From Candidatus Latescibacterota bacterium (GTDB taxonomy: Bacteria; Latescibacterota; UBA2968; UBA8231), in assembly GCA_965208105.1 (NCBI GenBank), contig OZ242318.1, forward strand, positions 1,568,001 to 1,632,000: a stretch of 64,000 bases of DNA, in the 5' to 3' direction. Positions 48,421 to 57,185 of this stretch are shown one piece after another. The stretch's first letter is position 1. Each line of letters starts with the position of its first letter. The notes below the pieces were generated by a model that saw nothing but the letters and a program-made list of their open reading frames with translations, was not told the origin of the DNA and searched no databases. The position numbers and the translations under genes were made by a program.

Positions 48421-48915
48421 TCATCCCGAGTGCTCGCCGCCGCTCTCGCCACCCTCGCCTCCGCCCGAGTGCTCACCTCCGCCCTCGGCTTCACCGGAGT
48501 GCTCACCGCCTTCGCCGGAGTGCTCTCCCCCGCTGCCGCCTCCCCCAACTTCCGGATGCGCGCTCCAGGTGACGAAGGGTTCGCTCGTGGCCTCCAGGGT
48601 AATCGCAATGGTCTGGCCGGGCGCCAGGTCCACCGGCGGCGTCGGGCCCAGCTCCGTTCCATTCGACAGGTGAACTTCCACCCGGACCTGCGGCAGCGTC
48701 TCCGAGGTCGTGTTCTCCACCGTGCCGGTGAAGCTGTTGGTCTCCGAGTCGTACGACAGGATGAGCCGCGCCCCGGAGCGGGTGTGGTCATAGGTCTCGC
48801 CGATTCCGAACTGCTGGGCCGACTCCTCGTCGCTTTCGGTCGAGGCGGAGGGATTGTCATCTGAACAGGCAGCCAACGAGGCAGCCGCAACGCAGAAAAA
48901 GAAGAAGAGTTTCAC
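48421..48915 (-). CDS. Small lipoprotein with an Ig-like domain and a GGEHSG-repeat tail
   Basis: Lipobox LAAC, GTVENTT..VRVEV, and four GGEHSG copies. Confidence 0.7.
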   Translation of the reverse strand: MKLFFFFCVAAASLAACSDDNPSASTESDEESAQQFGIGETYDHTRSGARLILSYDSETNSFTGTVENTTSETLPQVRVEVHLSNGTELGPTPPVDLAPGQTIAITLEATSEPFVTWSAHPEVGGGGSGGEHSGEGGEHSGEAEGGGEHSGGGEGGESGGEHSG

Positions 48916-48996
48916 CGTAATTCCTTTCCAGAATGGGGTGATGGTCTCCGGCCTGGCAAAGTCACACTAAAGAATCGAGCCGCGGACTCTAAGCCC

Positions 48997-49674
48997 TCAT
49001 TGACGCTTTCGATTAGAAGATGTTTTCCTTGAATCGTCCAGTTGTTCTTCGACGATTTCACTACCCCGCGCGGCGATGCGCATGGCGACCCGCGGGACCC
49101 AGTTGCGCGGGCGGCCCAGCAAGGGGCCGCGGACGACCTCGAAGCCGGCGCGGCGGAACAGCGGTTCGGTGCCGAAGTAGACGTTGTCGTCCCTGCTGCG
49201 TTCTCCGCCGCTACGGGGATAAGCCTCCACCGCGGGCGCGCCATGTTCTTTGGCGAATGCCACCGCGGCGCGAATGAGGGCGAGGGCGATGCCGCGGCCG
49301 CGCCGGCCCTTGCGCACCGTAACGCAGGGAATCACCCAGACGGGATCGGCGTCCACCGGGGGTGTGGCGCGGGAGCGGACGATCCGCGTCAGTTCGCTCC
49401 GGGGAGCCACCGCGATCCAGCCGACCGCCTCGCCGCTCTCATAGGCCAGCAGACCCGGGGCGCGGCGGGCGCCGGCAAGGCGGGTCATCGCCTCCCGGCG
49501 GCGCGGACCCAATGGCCCGGAGCCGGGCAACTGACGCGTCTGCGCCTCGGTCAGGCGCGGAAACATGCACCAGCAGCCGGCGCCCCAGCTCCCCCGCAGG
49601 ACGACCCCCAGATCGTCGATGAGCTCCGGCGTCAATGGTCTGAATTCAATGGTGCCGCATGCTTTGTCGGACAA
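48997..49674 (-). CDS. GNAT family acetyltransferase
   Basis: Motifs CWCMF, RRGRGIA, VEAYP and LFRRAGF. Confidence 0.8.
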   Translation of the reverse strand: MSDKACGTIEFRPLTPELIDDLGVVLRGSWGAGCWCMFPRLTEAQTRQLPGSGPLGPRRREAMTRLAGARRAPGLLAYESGEAVGWIAVAPRSELTRIVRSRATPPVDADPVWVIPCVTVRKGRRGRGIALALIRAAVAFAKEHGAPAVEAYPRSGGERSRDDNVYFGTEPLFRRAGFEVVRGPLLGRPRNWVPRVAMRIAARGSEIVEEQLDDSRKTSSNRKRQ

Positions 49675-49830
49675 GTGTCGCTCCTCGAGGGTATTGCAAC
49701 GTGGACGCGGCAGGGTCGCGCCACGATACCGAGGTAGGAAAATAATCGCTTCCCGAGGGTGTTGGGATGCCGCTCCCGGCAGGAGGCCGGGGCAGCCTGC
49801 GGGAGAACGCCCGGACGCGGTCCAGGGCGC

Positions 49831-50499
49831 TCAGCTGGCGCTCGGCTGCGAAACCCCAATGAGGCTGTCGCGGGTGACGAGCCGCGCCAGCTCCTCCTCG
49901 CTCATGCCTTCGGTCCCCGGCGGCCGCATGGGCAGGACCAGGTAGCGCATGTCGGCGGTGCTGTCGTGGACGCGGATCTCCATCTCCTCGGCGATTTCGG
50001 TCCCGAACTCGGCCAGCACGGCGCGAGGCTCGCGCACCGCGCGGCTGCGGTAGCTGCGCGACTTGTACCAGTCCGGCGGCGGTCCGAGCAGGAAGCGCGG
50101 ATAGCACGAACACAGGGTGCACACCACCAGGTTGTGAGCACGGGGGGTGTTTTCCATCACCAGGACCGGAAACTGTCCGGTGTCAATTCCAAGATCCGCC
50201 GCGGCCTTCGCCGAATCGGCAAGGAGCCGCCGGCGAAAACCGTCATCGACCCATGCCCGGGCGACCAGCCGCGCCCCCTGGACGAGGCTGAGGGAGTCCA
50301 TGCGCTCGACCTGGGCGCGCATGTCGGCGGCCGAGACTATTCCCTTCTCGATGAGGAGGCCAGTCACCGCCATCAGCATCACCTGATGGTGGGACAGGGG
50401 GGTGTCCTCCAGGTCCGGCTGGGGAGGATGGCGATGGTCCTCATCCACCTTGTCTCCATGCCCTTTATGGTGTCCGCCTTGGTGTGCCAATTCTCTCAT
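49831..50499 (-). CDS. Nitrile hydratase alpha / thiocyanate hydrolase gamma subunit (Co-type)
   Basis: Metal motif VCTLCSCY, GPPPDWYKS..YRSRAVREPR and VHDSTADMRY. Confidence 0.9.
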   Translation of the reverse strand: MRELAHQGGHHKGHGDKVDEDHRHPPQPDLEDTPLSHHQVMLMAVTGLLIEKGIVSAADMRAQVERMDSLSLVQGARLVARAWVDDGFRRRLLADSAKAAADLGIDTGQFPVLVMENTPRAHNLVVCTLCSCYPRFLLGPPPDWYKSRSYRSRAVREPRAVLAEFGTEIAEEMEIRVHDSTADMRYLVLPMRPPGTEGMSEEELARLVTRDSLIGVSQPSAS

Positions 50500-50795
50500 T
50501 CCCTTTCTTCCGGCGCCGGCGCAAGCCAGTGCTCGTAGATCTCGATCTCCACTCGGTCCCCGTCGCTTCCCTTGTAGTCCGGCCACAGCGCACGGCTGGG
50601 GAAGCTGACCCGGTACAGCACCTGGTCCTCCGCGTCCCGCTTGCCGTAGGCGAGCTGCTCGGGATTGGGGAAGCTGCCGCAGACCCTTTCCACTTTCCCG
50701 GACTTGCCGCGGCAGTACCACGGGGTGCGGACGTGGCCGGGCGGAAAGCGAGGCCGCACCCGCACCCGGTCGCCCGGCGCGAATCTTGGCTTCAT
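50496..50795 (-). CDS. NHase beta C-terminal (SH3-like) / ScnA-like subunit
   Basis: Motifs FAPGDRVRV, GHVRTPWY.RGK.G, LYRVSF..LWPDY and EIYEHWL. Confidence 0.85.
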   Translation of the reverse strand: MKPRFAPGDRVRVRPRFPPGHVRTPWYCRGKSGKVERVCGSFPNPEQLAYGKRDAEDQVLYRVSFPSRALWPDYKGSDGDRVEIEIYEHWLAPAPEERE

Positions 50796-50886
50796 GTCCC
50801 ATCAGCCTCCCGGGGAAAATCGTCTCGCCACGGCAGTGTTCCAGTAGCGAAGATCGGCTCAATTCCTTTGCCCGAAGTCAGCGCGG

Positions 50887-51204
50887 TCACGGCAACCCGC
50901 CCAGCTTGCCGGCCTCGATCTCGGCCATGCGCTCGCCGAGCTCGCTCACCTCGATGATCCTCTTCTCGAGCAGGAGGTTGGTCATCGACGCCATCCAGCG
51001 CTCGTAGTAGCCCAGGCGGTCGTAGGCATCGGCTCCCAGCTCCTCGATCCCCCGGCGCAGTTCGTCCACGCTGAGGATTTTCCGTCTGCCGAGAAGGACC
51101 ATGAGAGCATCAACCCTCTTCTCCCACGGTGCCCTGTCGTGCTCTTCCCGGTCGATGGGACCGGCTTCGAGCCCGCCCATGTCGTGGTGTCTCCTTGCGG
51201 TCAT
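50887..51204 (-). CDS. NHase beta N-terminal / ScnB-like subunit
   Basis: Motifs HDMGG, WEKRVDA, DELRRGIE and YYERW. Confidence 0.85.
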   Translation of the reverse strand: MTARRHHDMGGLEAGPIDREEHDRAPWEKRVDALMVLLGRRKILSVDELRRGIEELGADAYDRLGYYERWMASMTNLLLEKRIIEVSELGERMAEIEAGKLGGLP

Positions 51205-51305
51205 TGAGGAATCTCTTTTTCTCCCTTTATCCCGGGGATTGGACGCCTGCCGGCAGGAGCAGCCTAGGGCATTTCCCCCCAGCCCTACCTCCCGCCTTGC
51301 TCGGC

Positions 51306-52019
51306 TCACGCAATGAACTTGCCATAATCCAGGATGGTCGCATACACCATGAGACCGATGATGAACAGCCAGCCGGCCAGCGCCAGCGGCGCGTGAAGCC
51401 GCAGTAAACCGGGGTGCAATTTCTCCAGGAGGTAGAGGCAGATCTTGCCGCCATCCAGCGGCGGAACCGGCAACAGGTTGAGGAATGCAAGGTTGAGACT
51501 GAGAACGATGGAAAAGTTCAGCAGCTTGACCGCGTCGGTACCGGCGAACTGCCCTCCCTGAACGACGATTCCGACGATTCCCGACAGTTGATCGGGGCGG
51601 GAAAAAAGCAACGGGATGGCCGCGAAAAACTCCTGGATCGTGTCCAGTGTTTGTGAGACCGGCAGAACAAAGGCGCCGGAGAAGGAAAAGCCGGAGGTCA
51701 GCCAGTTCAAGATGGCGAAGCAAAACAACGGAAGCAGGATGTTCGCCAACGGCCCTCCCAGGGCGAAAAGAATCCGCCTGCCCACAGGAATCCGGAAGAA
51801 TTCGGTCTCGTCAGCGATGTCGGGCAACACATATCCCCCTACGGGAATCCACGAGAGTCGATATTCGGTGCTGCCTCTTTTTATCCCCCACAACTTTGGG
51901 CCCAGGCCTATGGAAAATCTCGCTACGGGCATCCCCACCCATCGCGCCACGAGAAAATGCCCGAGTTCATGAAAGAGAATCAGCAGGCCGACCAGCCAGC
52001 CGGCGATGAGGTAGTCCAT
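51306..52019 (-). CDS. M50 site-2 metalloprotease without a PDZ domain
   Basis: Motifs HELGH, FSIGLG, GGPLAN and NLLPVPPLDGG. Confidence 0.85.
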   Translation of the reverse strand: MDYLIAGWLVGLLILFHELGHFLVARWVGMPVARFSIGLGPKLWGIKRGSTEYRLSWIPVGGYVLPDIADETEFFRIPVGRRILFALGGPLANILLPLFCFAILNWLTSGFSFSGAFVLPVSQTLDTIQEFFAAIPLLFSRPDQLSGIVGIVVQGGQFAGTDAVKLLNFSIVLSLNLAFLNLLPVPPLDGGKICLYLLEKLHPGLLRLHAPLALAGWLFIIGLMVYATILDYGKFIA

Positions 52020-52026
52020 GTGCTCC

Positions 52027-52839
52027 TCAGTTTCGGCCTTGCGAAGTGCCGACCTTCCTGCCGGCGATCAGAAGCATTTGCGGCAGTCCCTCCAAAGGCG
52101 CGCACTCCCACCCCTCGGCGGCGTCGCCGATCTCCTCGAATCTGATCAGCTCGGCCCCCTGCTCGATGACCGCGTTGAGGTACTGGGAAACCGTCCAGTG
52201 AAACTCGTACTGCTTCACGTCGCCGGGTTGATTGGCGAGCAGATCCTCGGTGGCGCTGTATTCATGCGGGCCATTGTCGAAGTAGCTTGCCTGAACCTCC
52301 AGGGAGTCAGCCGAATCCTTCCAAATCCTGCGGAAGGGATGGTACTCGTTGACCAGGAACAGACCTCCCGGCCGCAGAATCCGGATGGCTTCGCGGTAGT
52401 AGGCCCGGAGATCGGAAACCCAGACCCCCACGTGGCCGCCGGTGTACACCAGGTCATAGCCGGAGCTTTCCAGGCAGCTCAGGTCGGCGACGTCCGCCTC
52501 CACGAATCTGATGGAAAGGTCCAGATCGGCGGCGCGGCGGCGGGCTACGCTCAATTGTTCGGCGGAGATGTCCACGGAGGTTACCCGGGCGCCCATCCCC
52601 GCAAAACCGAAGACGGCGAGATTGTCTCCGCTGCCCAGAACGCAGACCTCCCGATTCTCCACCGTGCCGATCAGGTCGAGCTCCTGCGGCAGAAAGATCT
52701 GCTCGGGCTGCCGGTGGGCGATGCGCCAGGTGCCGCGCCTGTCGTGCATGGCCTCCCAGGCCGGTGAACCCAGATTCCAGCGGTCCCTGTTTGCCAGGTG
52801 ATAGTCGTTCACGGCCGGCAAGTCCAGTCTGCGATCCAT
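52027..52839 (-). CDS. Class I SAM-dependent methyltransferase
   Basis: Motifs VLGSGD, VDIS, YDLVY and LRPGG.F...EYHP. Confidence 0.85.
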   Translation of the reverse strand: MDRRLDLPAVNDYHLANRDRWNLGSPAWEAMHDRRGTWRIAHRQPEQIFLPQELDLIGTVENREVCVLGSGDNLAVFGFAGMGARVTSVDISAEQLSVARRRAADLDLSIRFVEADVADLSCLESSGYDLVYTGGHVGVWVSDLRAYYREAIRILRPGGLFLVNEYHPFRRIWKDSADSLEVQASYFDNGPHEYSATEDLLANQPGDVKQYEFHWTVSQYLNAVIEQGAELIRFEEIGDAAEGWECAPLEGLPQMLLIAGRKVGTSQGRN

Positions 52840-52861
52840 GTGCACTCCTCTCGGGTCCCGG

Positions 52862-53338
52862 CTAAATGTACATCTGGATGGAGAACATCCCGTAGCCAAA
52901 GCGCTCGTAGAACCGGTAGGTGCGCGACCAGTCCACGTTGTTCGATCCCACCATGGAGCGCCTGATCCCCTCCGCTCTCGACCTCGACAGCAACGCCTCT
53001 ACAAGCCGGCCTCCAACTCCCCTGTCGCGGTGGTCGAGGTGAACGAAGACCTCGTGAATATGCAGGAACCATTCGCCCTCGGGCTTGAACAGGGTGTGCT
53101 TTTTCACCGCTCCCGCGGCGTAAGCTATGACCACCTCCTCATGCTCGCCCACCAGGAAGTAGCCCCCATCGAGCCAGGACCCGAGCCGCTCGTCGCCTTC
53201 CTTCAGCCCGGGATATCCCGTCGTACAGCCTTCGGCCGACCAGAGTTTCGACAAGCCCACGACGGCCGGGAAATCGCCGGCTCGAGCAGGCCTGATATCA
53301 TAACCATTATCCCGTTGCCTATCCCGTTGCCGGCTCAT
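52862..53338 (-). CDS. GNAT family acetyltransferase
   Basis: Motifs VHLDHRDRGVG and FYERFGY. Confidence 0.8.
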   Translation of the reverse strand: MSRQRDRQRDNGYDIRPARAGDFPAVVGLSKLWSAEGCTTGYPGLKEGDERLGSWLDGGYFLVGEHEEVVIAYAAGAVKKHTLFKPEGEWFLHIHEVFVHLDHRDRGVGGRLVEALLSRSRAEGIRRSMVGSNNVDWSRTYRFYERFGYGMFSIQMYI

Positions 53339-53350
53339 GTTTTCCCCTTC

Positions 53351-53968
53351 TCAGGGCAGCCTCACCGCGACAAGATGGGACTTTTCCAGGGGCAGGATGT
53401 GGGTCAGGTAATCGGGGTCCTCGTCCAGCCCGCGTTTGAATGCCGCCCAATCCGGGTCCTCGTCCCATTGTTCGACCTTGGACCAGCCGTCGACGAAGAG
53501 GAAGGCCCTCGGCGTCATCCGGCTTTGCAGAAGGGGAAACATGGGACCGAACGCGTGTAGGCCAAAATCGACGAAGACGAAGTCCACGCGCTCGGGGAGG
53601 GCTGCGATAAAGGCGTCCCCCTCTCCGGATTGACATTCCACCAGGTGGTCCAGGCCGGCCCGGCGCAGATTGCCCTGGGCAACCGCAGTTTTCTCTGGCA
53701 CCTGGTCCAGGCTGAAGACGCGACCCCCGGTGCGTTGGGCCGCTGCGGCCAGGTGCAGGGTGGAGTAGCCGTGGGAGGTGCCGAACTCCACGAGGACCCT
53801 CGCCGGTTGGCGGATGGCGGCGAAACAGAGGTATCGGGCCACCTGGGGGCTGACCGCCTTGAGGCGCATGGGATCGGTGGAGCCGGCGCGGCGCTCCCGG
53901 CGGTCGCGCCTGTGCAGGCCGTCGACGATGGCTCGTTGCTCCGGCGTGAACAGGTCTTCGATTTGCAT
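53351..53968 (-). CDS. O-methyltransferase (catechol/CCoAOMT-like)
   Basis: Motifs VEFGTSHGYST, A..NLRRAGL and DFVFVD. Confidence 0.8.
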   Translation of the reverse strand: MQIEDLFTPEQRAIVDGLHRRDRRERRAGSTDPMRLKAVSPQVARYLCFAAIRQPARVLVEFGTSHGYSTLHLAAAAQRTGGRVFSLDQVPEKTAVAQGNLRRAGLDHLVECQSGEGDAFIAALPERVDFVFVDFGLHAFGPMFPLLQSRMTPRAFLFVDGWSKVEQWDEDPDWAAFKRGLDEDPDYLTHILPLEKSHLVAVRLP

Positions 53969-54011
53969 GGCAGAATCCTTCGGCTCATCACCCCCCGGCG
54001 CACGGCACCCC

Positions 54012-55049
54012 TCATCGATCGGCGCGCCGGGTCATCTTGAGGGCCTCTACGGGGCGGCCCTCGGGCAGGGCCCGCAGCCAGACGCCGTCGAGAAAGAAAT
54101 CCTCGCCGCGCCCGCTGACCTCGAAGCCCAGCTCCCTGAACAGCCGTTGCTTTTCTTCATCCTCCCCGGATACGGTGGCGACGAACTCGCGGGCATCGCG
54201 CCCCCGCCCCCATTCCATCGCCGCGAGGATGAGGCCGGGCCAATCCTTCAGATAGTAGGGATGGGTGAATCCATCCACCGAACACACCCCATCCGCCTCG
54301 AGCTTCGCGCTGGAAAGGCCGACCACCTTCTGGCGCTCACCGGCCCGCGCCGCGAAGAAGGTGGAGCCGGGCTGCTGCAGCATGTCCACGTAGGCGCCGC
54401 ACTGACCGGCGAAACTGCGGCGCACGGAGTAGCGCGTGGTGAAGATGCCGGCATTGCAGTCCATCACCTGCCAGTCGTGCGGGGTATGCACCAGCGGCAC
54501 CGCCGGAGTCCGGTCTGCCGCTTCCCCTGGAAAAATGGCCGCCGGGCCCAGGCCGCGGAAGTAGTCGGTGAAATACGCCTCGGGGGACTCCCCGGACATG
54601 GCCTGCACCAGGGCGTTGGAGCCGACCAGCTTCGAGTAGCCGACGCGGGCGTAGAGGCGGTCCGCATCCTGGTTGCCGCCCCCCATGACGATGGCCTCAC
54701 CGCCCATCTCGCGGAAATCCCGGACCGGCCGCTCGAAGAGGACGCGCCCGATGCCGCGGCGGCGAAACCCGGGATCGGTGGCCGGCATGCCGAATTCGGC
54801 GAGCTTCGGGTCGCGACGGGAGATCCACAGCATGGAGGTCCCCGCCAACTGCCCCCGGACGCGGGCCAGATAGAGCACCTTGCGGTCCTCCGGCCGGTCG
54901 CGGTCGCTGAGGCACTCGACGTACCAGGACAGGTCCGAGCCCTGGCCGATCTGCTCCGGCACCTTGGTCCACAACTCGTGGACCTCTATGGCCAGGGCCC
55001 GGTCCTCGATCGGGGATTCGATCCGGGTGATCTCGAGCTCGCTCGCCAT
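54012..55049 (-). CDS. Tandem GNAT-fold protein
   Basis: Motifs PGFRRRGIG and LYARVGY; the second domain ends in LFRELGF. Confidence 0.7.
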   Translation of the reverse strand: MASELEITRIESPIEDRALAIEVHELWTKVPEQIGQGSDLSWYVECLSDRDRPEDRKVLYLARVRGQLAGTSMLWISRRDPKLAEFGMPATDPGFRRRGIGRVLFERPVRDFREMGGEAIVMGGGNQDADRLYARVGYSKLVGSNALVQAMSGESPEAYFTDYFRGLGPAAIFPGEAADRTPAVPLVHTPHDWQVMDCNAGIFTTRYSVRRSFAGQCGAYVDMLQQPGSTFFAARAGERQKVVGLSSAKLEADGVCSVDGFTHPYYLKDWPGLILAAMEWGRGRDAREFVATVSGEDEEKQRLFRELGFEVSGRGEDFFLDGVWLRALPEGRPVEALKMTRRADR

Positions 55050-55292
55050 CAGGACCTCACTTCAGGGAAGGTTTCCAGCCGCGCGGGCATCGGGGCCGCA
55101 CCGTCAAGCCGGGCGATACCGGCGAGGGCTGCGGACCCTTCGAGCAAAACCGGGCCGCTGCCAAATGGCGCCGGACGGCGCCAACTTCCAGCCGATTGTC
55201 CGCGGGATGCATTTTCGCTCATGCGGCTTTCGATAACGGCGGTGTCATGCGATTCATGACCAATAGTAAGGGTTCCCCCCGGGCGGGCAAGC

Positions 55293-56792
55293 TCAGCCCC
55301 CGGCCAGGTCCAGGGTCGATCCGCGTTCGTCGCCGGCGACCCGCCAGCGCATGGTGGTCAGCCGTCCCAGGAAGCGCTCGTCGTGGCTGACCAGCAGCAG
55401 GCCGCAGGGGCACTCTTCCAGCGCCTCCTCGAGGCATTGGATGGAGGGAAGGTCGAGATGGTTGGTCGGCTCGTCCATGACGATCAGGTGGGGCAGCCGG
55501 GCGATACCCAGCGCCAGCAGGATCTTGCGCACTTCACCGGGACTGGGCTCGGCGCTCTCGAGCAATCTGTGCGGCCTGGACCCCAGCCGGCTCACCGCGG
55601 TCATGGTGCGGCCCAACTCCGCCGGGGGCAGGGAGCGCAGCTCGGCGAGAACCCGGCGCGCCTCCCCGGCGCTGATTTCCTGGGGCAGGTAGACCAGCCG
55701 TTCGGGCTCGATATTGAGCCGCCGCAGCAGGTGGCGCACCAGGGTGCTCTTGCCGCCGCCATTGGGGCCGGAGAGCGCCACCCGGTCCGCGGGCCGCATC
55801 ACCAGGTCGGGATGCTCGAGGGTCCGGCGGCCTCCGAGATCAATCTTCCCGGCGGCCAGGCGCAGGAGATAGTCGCGCTTCGACCGCTCCCTGCCGAGCC
55901 ATATCCCCATGTCGTAGGTCTTCCTGACCCGGATCTCCTCGGCCTTCCGCCGCGCCTGCTGCAGGCGGCCGTCCATCTGCCGCAGCAGCCGCCCGCTCTG
56001 GCCGTCCTTGCCGCTCACCCGCGCCAGATTGCGCTTGTAGCGTTCGCTGTTGTCCTTGCCCAGGCCGCGCTTGGAGCGGCGCTTGTCCGCGCGCGCCGCC
56101 TCCTCCCGCCGCCGCGCCACCTCGCGCTCGAGCCGGTCGCGCTGCCGCCGCGCCTGCTCGGCTTCGCGCCGCAGGCCTCCCTCCTCCAGGGCCTCCTGTT
56201 GAACTCCCCGGGAATAGCCCCCGGGCCGCACAGTGGCTCCCGGGGGGTCGACGAAGACGCACTGGCGGCAGAGCTGGTCGAGGAGGTCCCGGTCGTGGCT
56301 GACCAGAAGCCCCACACCCCCATAGTCCCGCAACGCCCCCTGCAACAGCCCGCGCGCCGGGGCATCGATGTGGTTGGTCGGCTCATCGACGGCGAGCACC
56401 GGGGGCTGCTGCCACAGCGCCGCGGCGATCTGCGCCCGCTTGCGCTCGCCGTGGCTCAGGCTCTCCCAGCGTTCGATCCAGTCGGACTCCAGCCCCAAGC
56501 GGCCTTTGACCTCCCAGGCCTCGCCGTCCATCGCCTCCAGCAGGAGGCCCAGCAGGGGCGGGGGATCGTCGGTGCGCTGGGCGCAGTAGACGCTCTCCCC
56601 CGGCCCCAGCACCGACCCGGCATCGGGGGGAAAGGCCCCCACCGCCAGCTTGAGCAGGGTCGTCTTTCCCGACCCGTTGGCCCCGACAATGCCCGTCCAC
56701 CCCTGCGGAAAGTGCAGCGTCAGGCCGCCGAACAGCGGATCGCTCATGGTCTCGTAGGCGAATTCCACCTCGCTGAAACGTATCTCGTTCAT
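55293..56792 (-). CDS. ABC-F family ATPase (ARE-like)
   Basis: Two nucleotide-binding domains (GANGSGKT/LSHGE/DEPTNHID and GPNGGGKS/DEPTNHLD), a charged helical linker, and no TM segments. Confidence 0.88.
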   Translation of the reverse strand: MNEIRFSEVEFAYETMSDPLFGGLTLHFPQGWTGIVGANGSGKTTLLKLAVGAFPPDAGSVLGPGESVYCAQRTDDPPPLLGLLLEAMDGEAWEVKGRLGLESDWIERWESLSHGERKRAQIAAALWQQPPVLAVDEPTNHIDAPARGLLQGALRDYGGVGLLVSHDRDLLDQLCRQCVFVDPPGATVRPGGYSRGVQQEALEEGGLRREAEQARRQRDRLEREVARRREEAARADKRRSKRGLGKDNSERYKRNLARVSGKDGQSGRLLRQMDGRLQQARRKAEEIRVRKTYDMGIWLGRERSKRDYLLRLAAGKIDLGGRRTLEHPDLVMRPADRVALSGPNGGGKSTLVRHLLRRLNIEPERLVYLPQEISAGEARRVLAELRSLPPAELGRTMTAVSRLGSRPHRLLESAEPSPGEVRKILLALGIARLPHLIVMDEPTNHLDLPSIQCLEEALEECPCGLLLVSHDERFLGRLTTMRWRVAGDERGSTLDLAGG

Positions 56793-56809
56793 ACCCGTCA
56801 CCATTCAAC

Positions 56810-56837
56810 AAAAAAACCGCCCGGGATCCAGGCGGTT
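56810..56837 (-). terminator. Intrinsic terminator in the ABC-F 5' leader
   Basis: Hairpin AACCGCCTGG-ATC-CCGGGCGGTT followed by a T tract, ending about 17 nt before the ATG. Confidence 0.8.
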
Positions 56838-56947
56838 CGTTGGCTTCGCTCATCTGAAATGTCGACCGGTCTCCTACCGTGAAATACTTCGCCCTGCAGC
56901 CTGCGGTAAAAGACTCGGCTCTACTGCTCGTTCACTCGCTGCGCGGG

Positions 56948-56977
56948 CTATTTCGCAAAAGACCAGATGCGTATCAT
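56948..56977 (-). CDS. Putative leader peptide MIRIWSFAK
   Basis: RBS AGAGG upstream; lies between the promoter and the terminator. Confidence 0.6.
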   Translation of the reverse strand: MIRIWSFAK

Positions 56978-57012
56978 CCTAACCTCTTGTTGGGTTTTGG
57001 ACCATTTATCTG

Positions 57013-57042
57013 AAGGTAAGCCTCGACCCCCCAAGCGGTCAA
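57013..57042 (-). promoter_or_regulatory. Sigma70-like promoter of the ABC-F leader
   Basis: TTGACC-18-TACCTT. Confidence 0.5.
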
Positions 57043-57185
57043 GGACCACCGCAGGCCGGCCGAGGATATGAAGCCTGTGCGGACCGGCTCCCGGTAGCCG
57101 CGGCGCGGGCGGCAGGTGGTGCCCCTCGGCTGGGAACACGTCGATGCAGTTGCCGGGGCTGATGGGATGGGTAATCCTCGCACAG

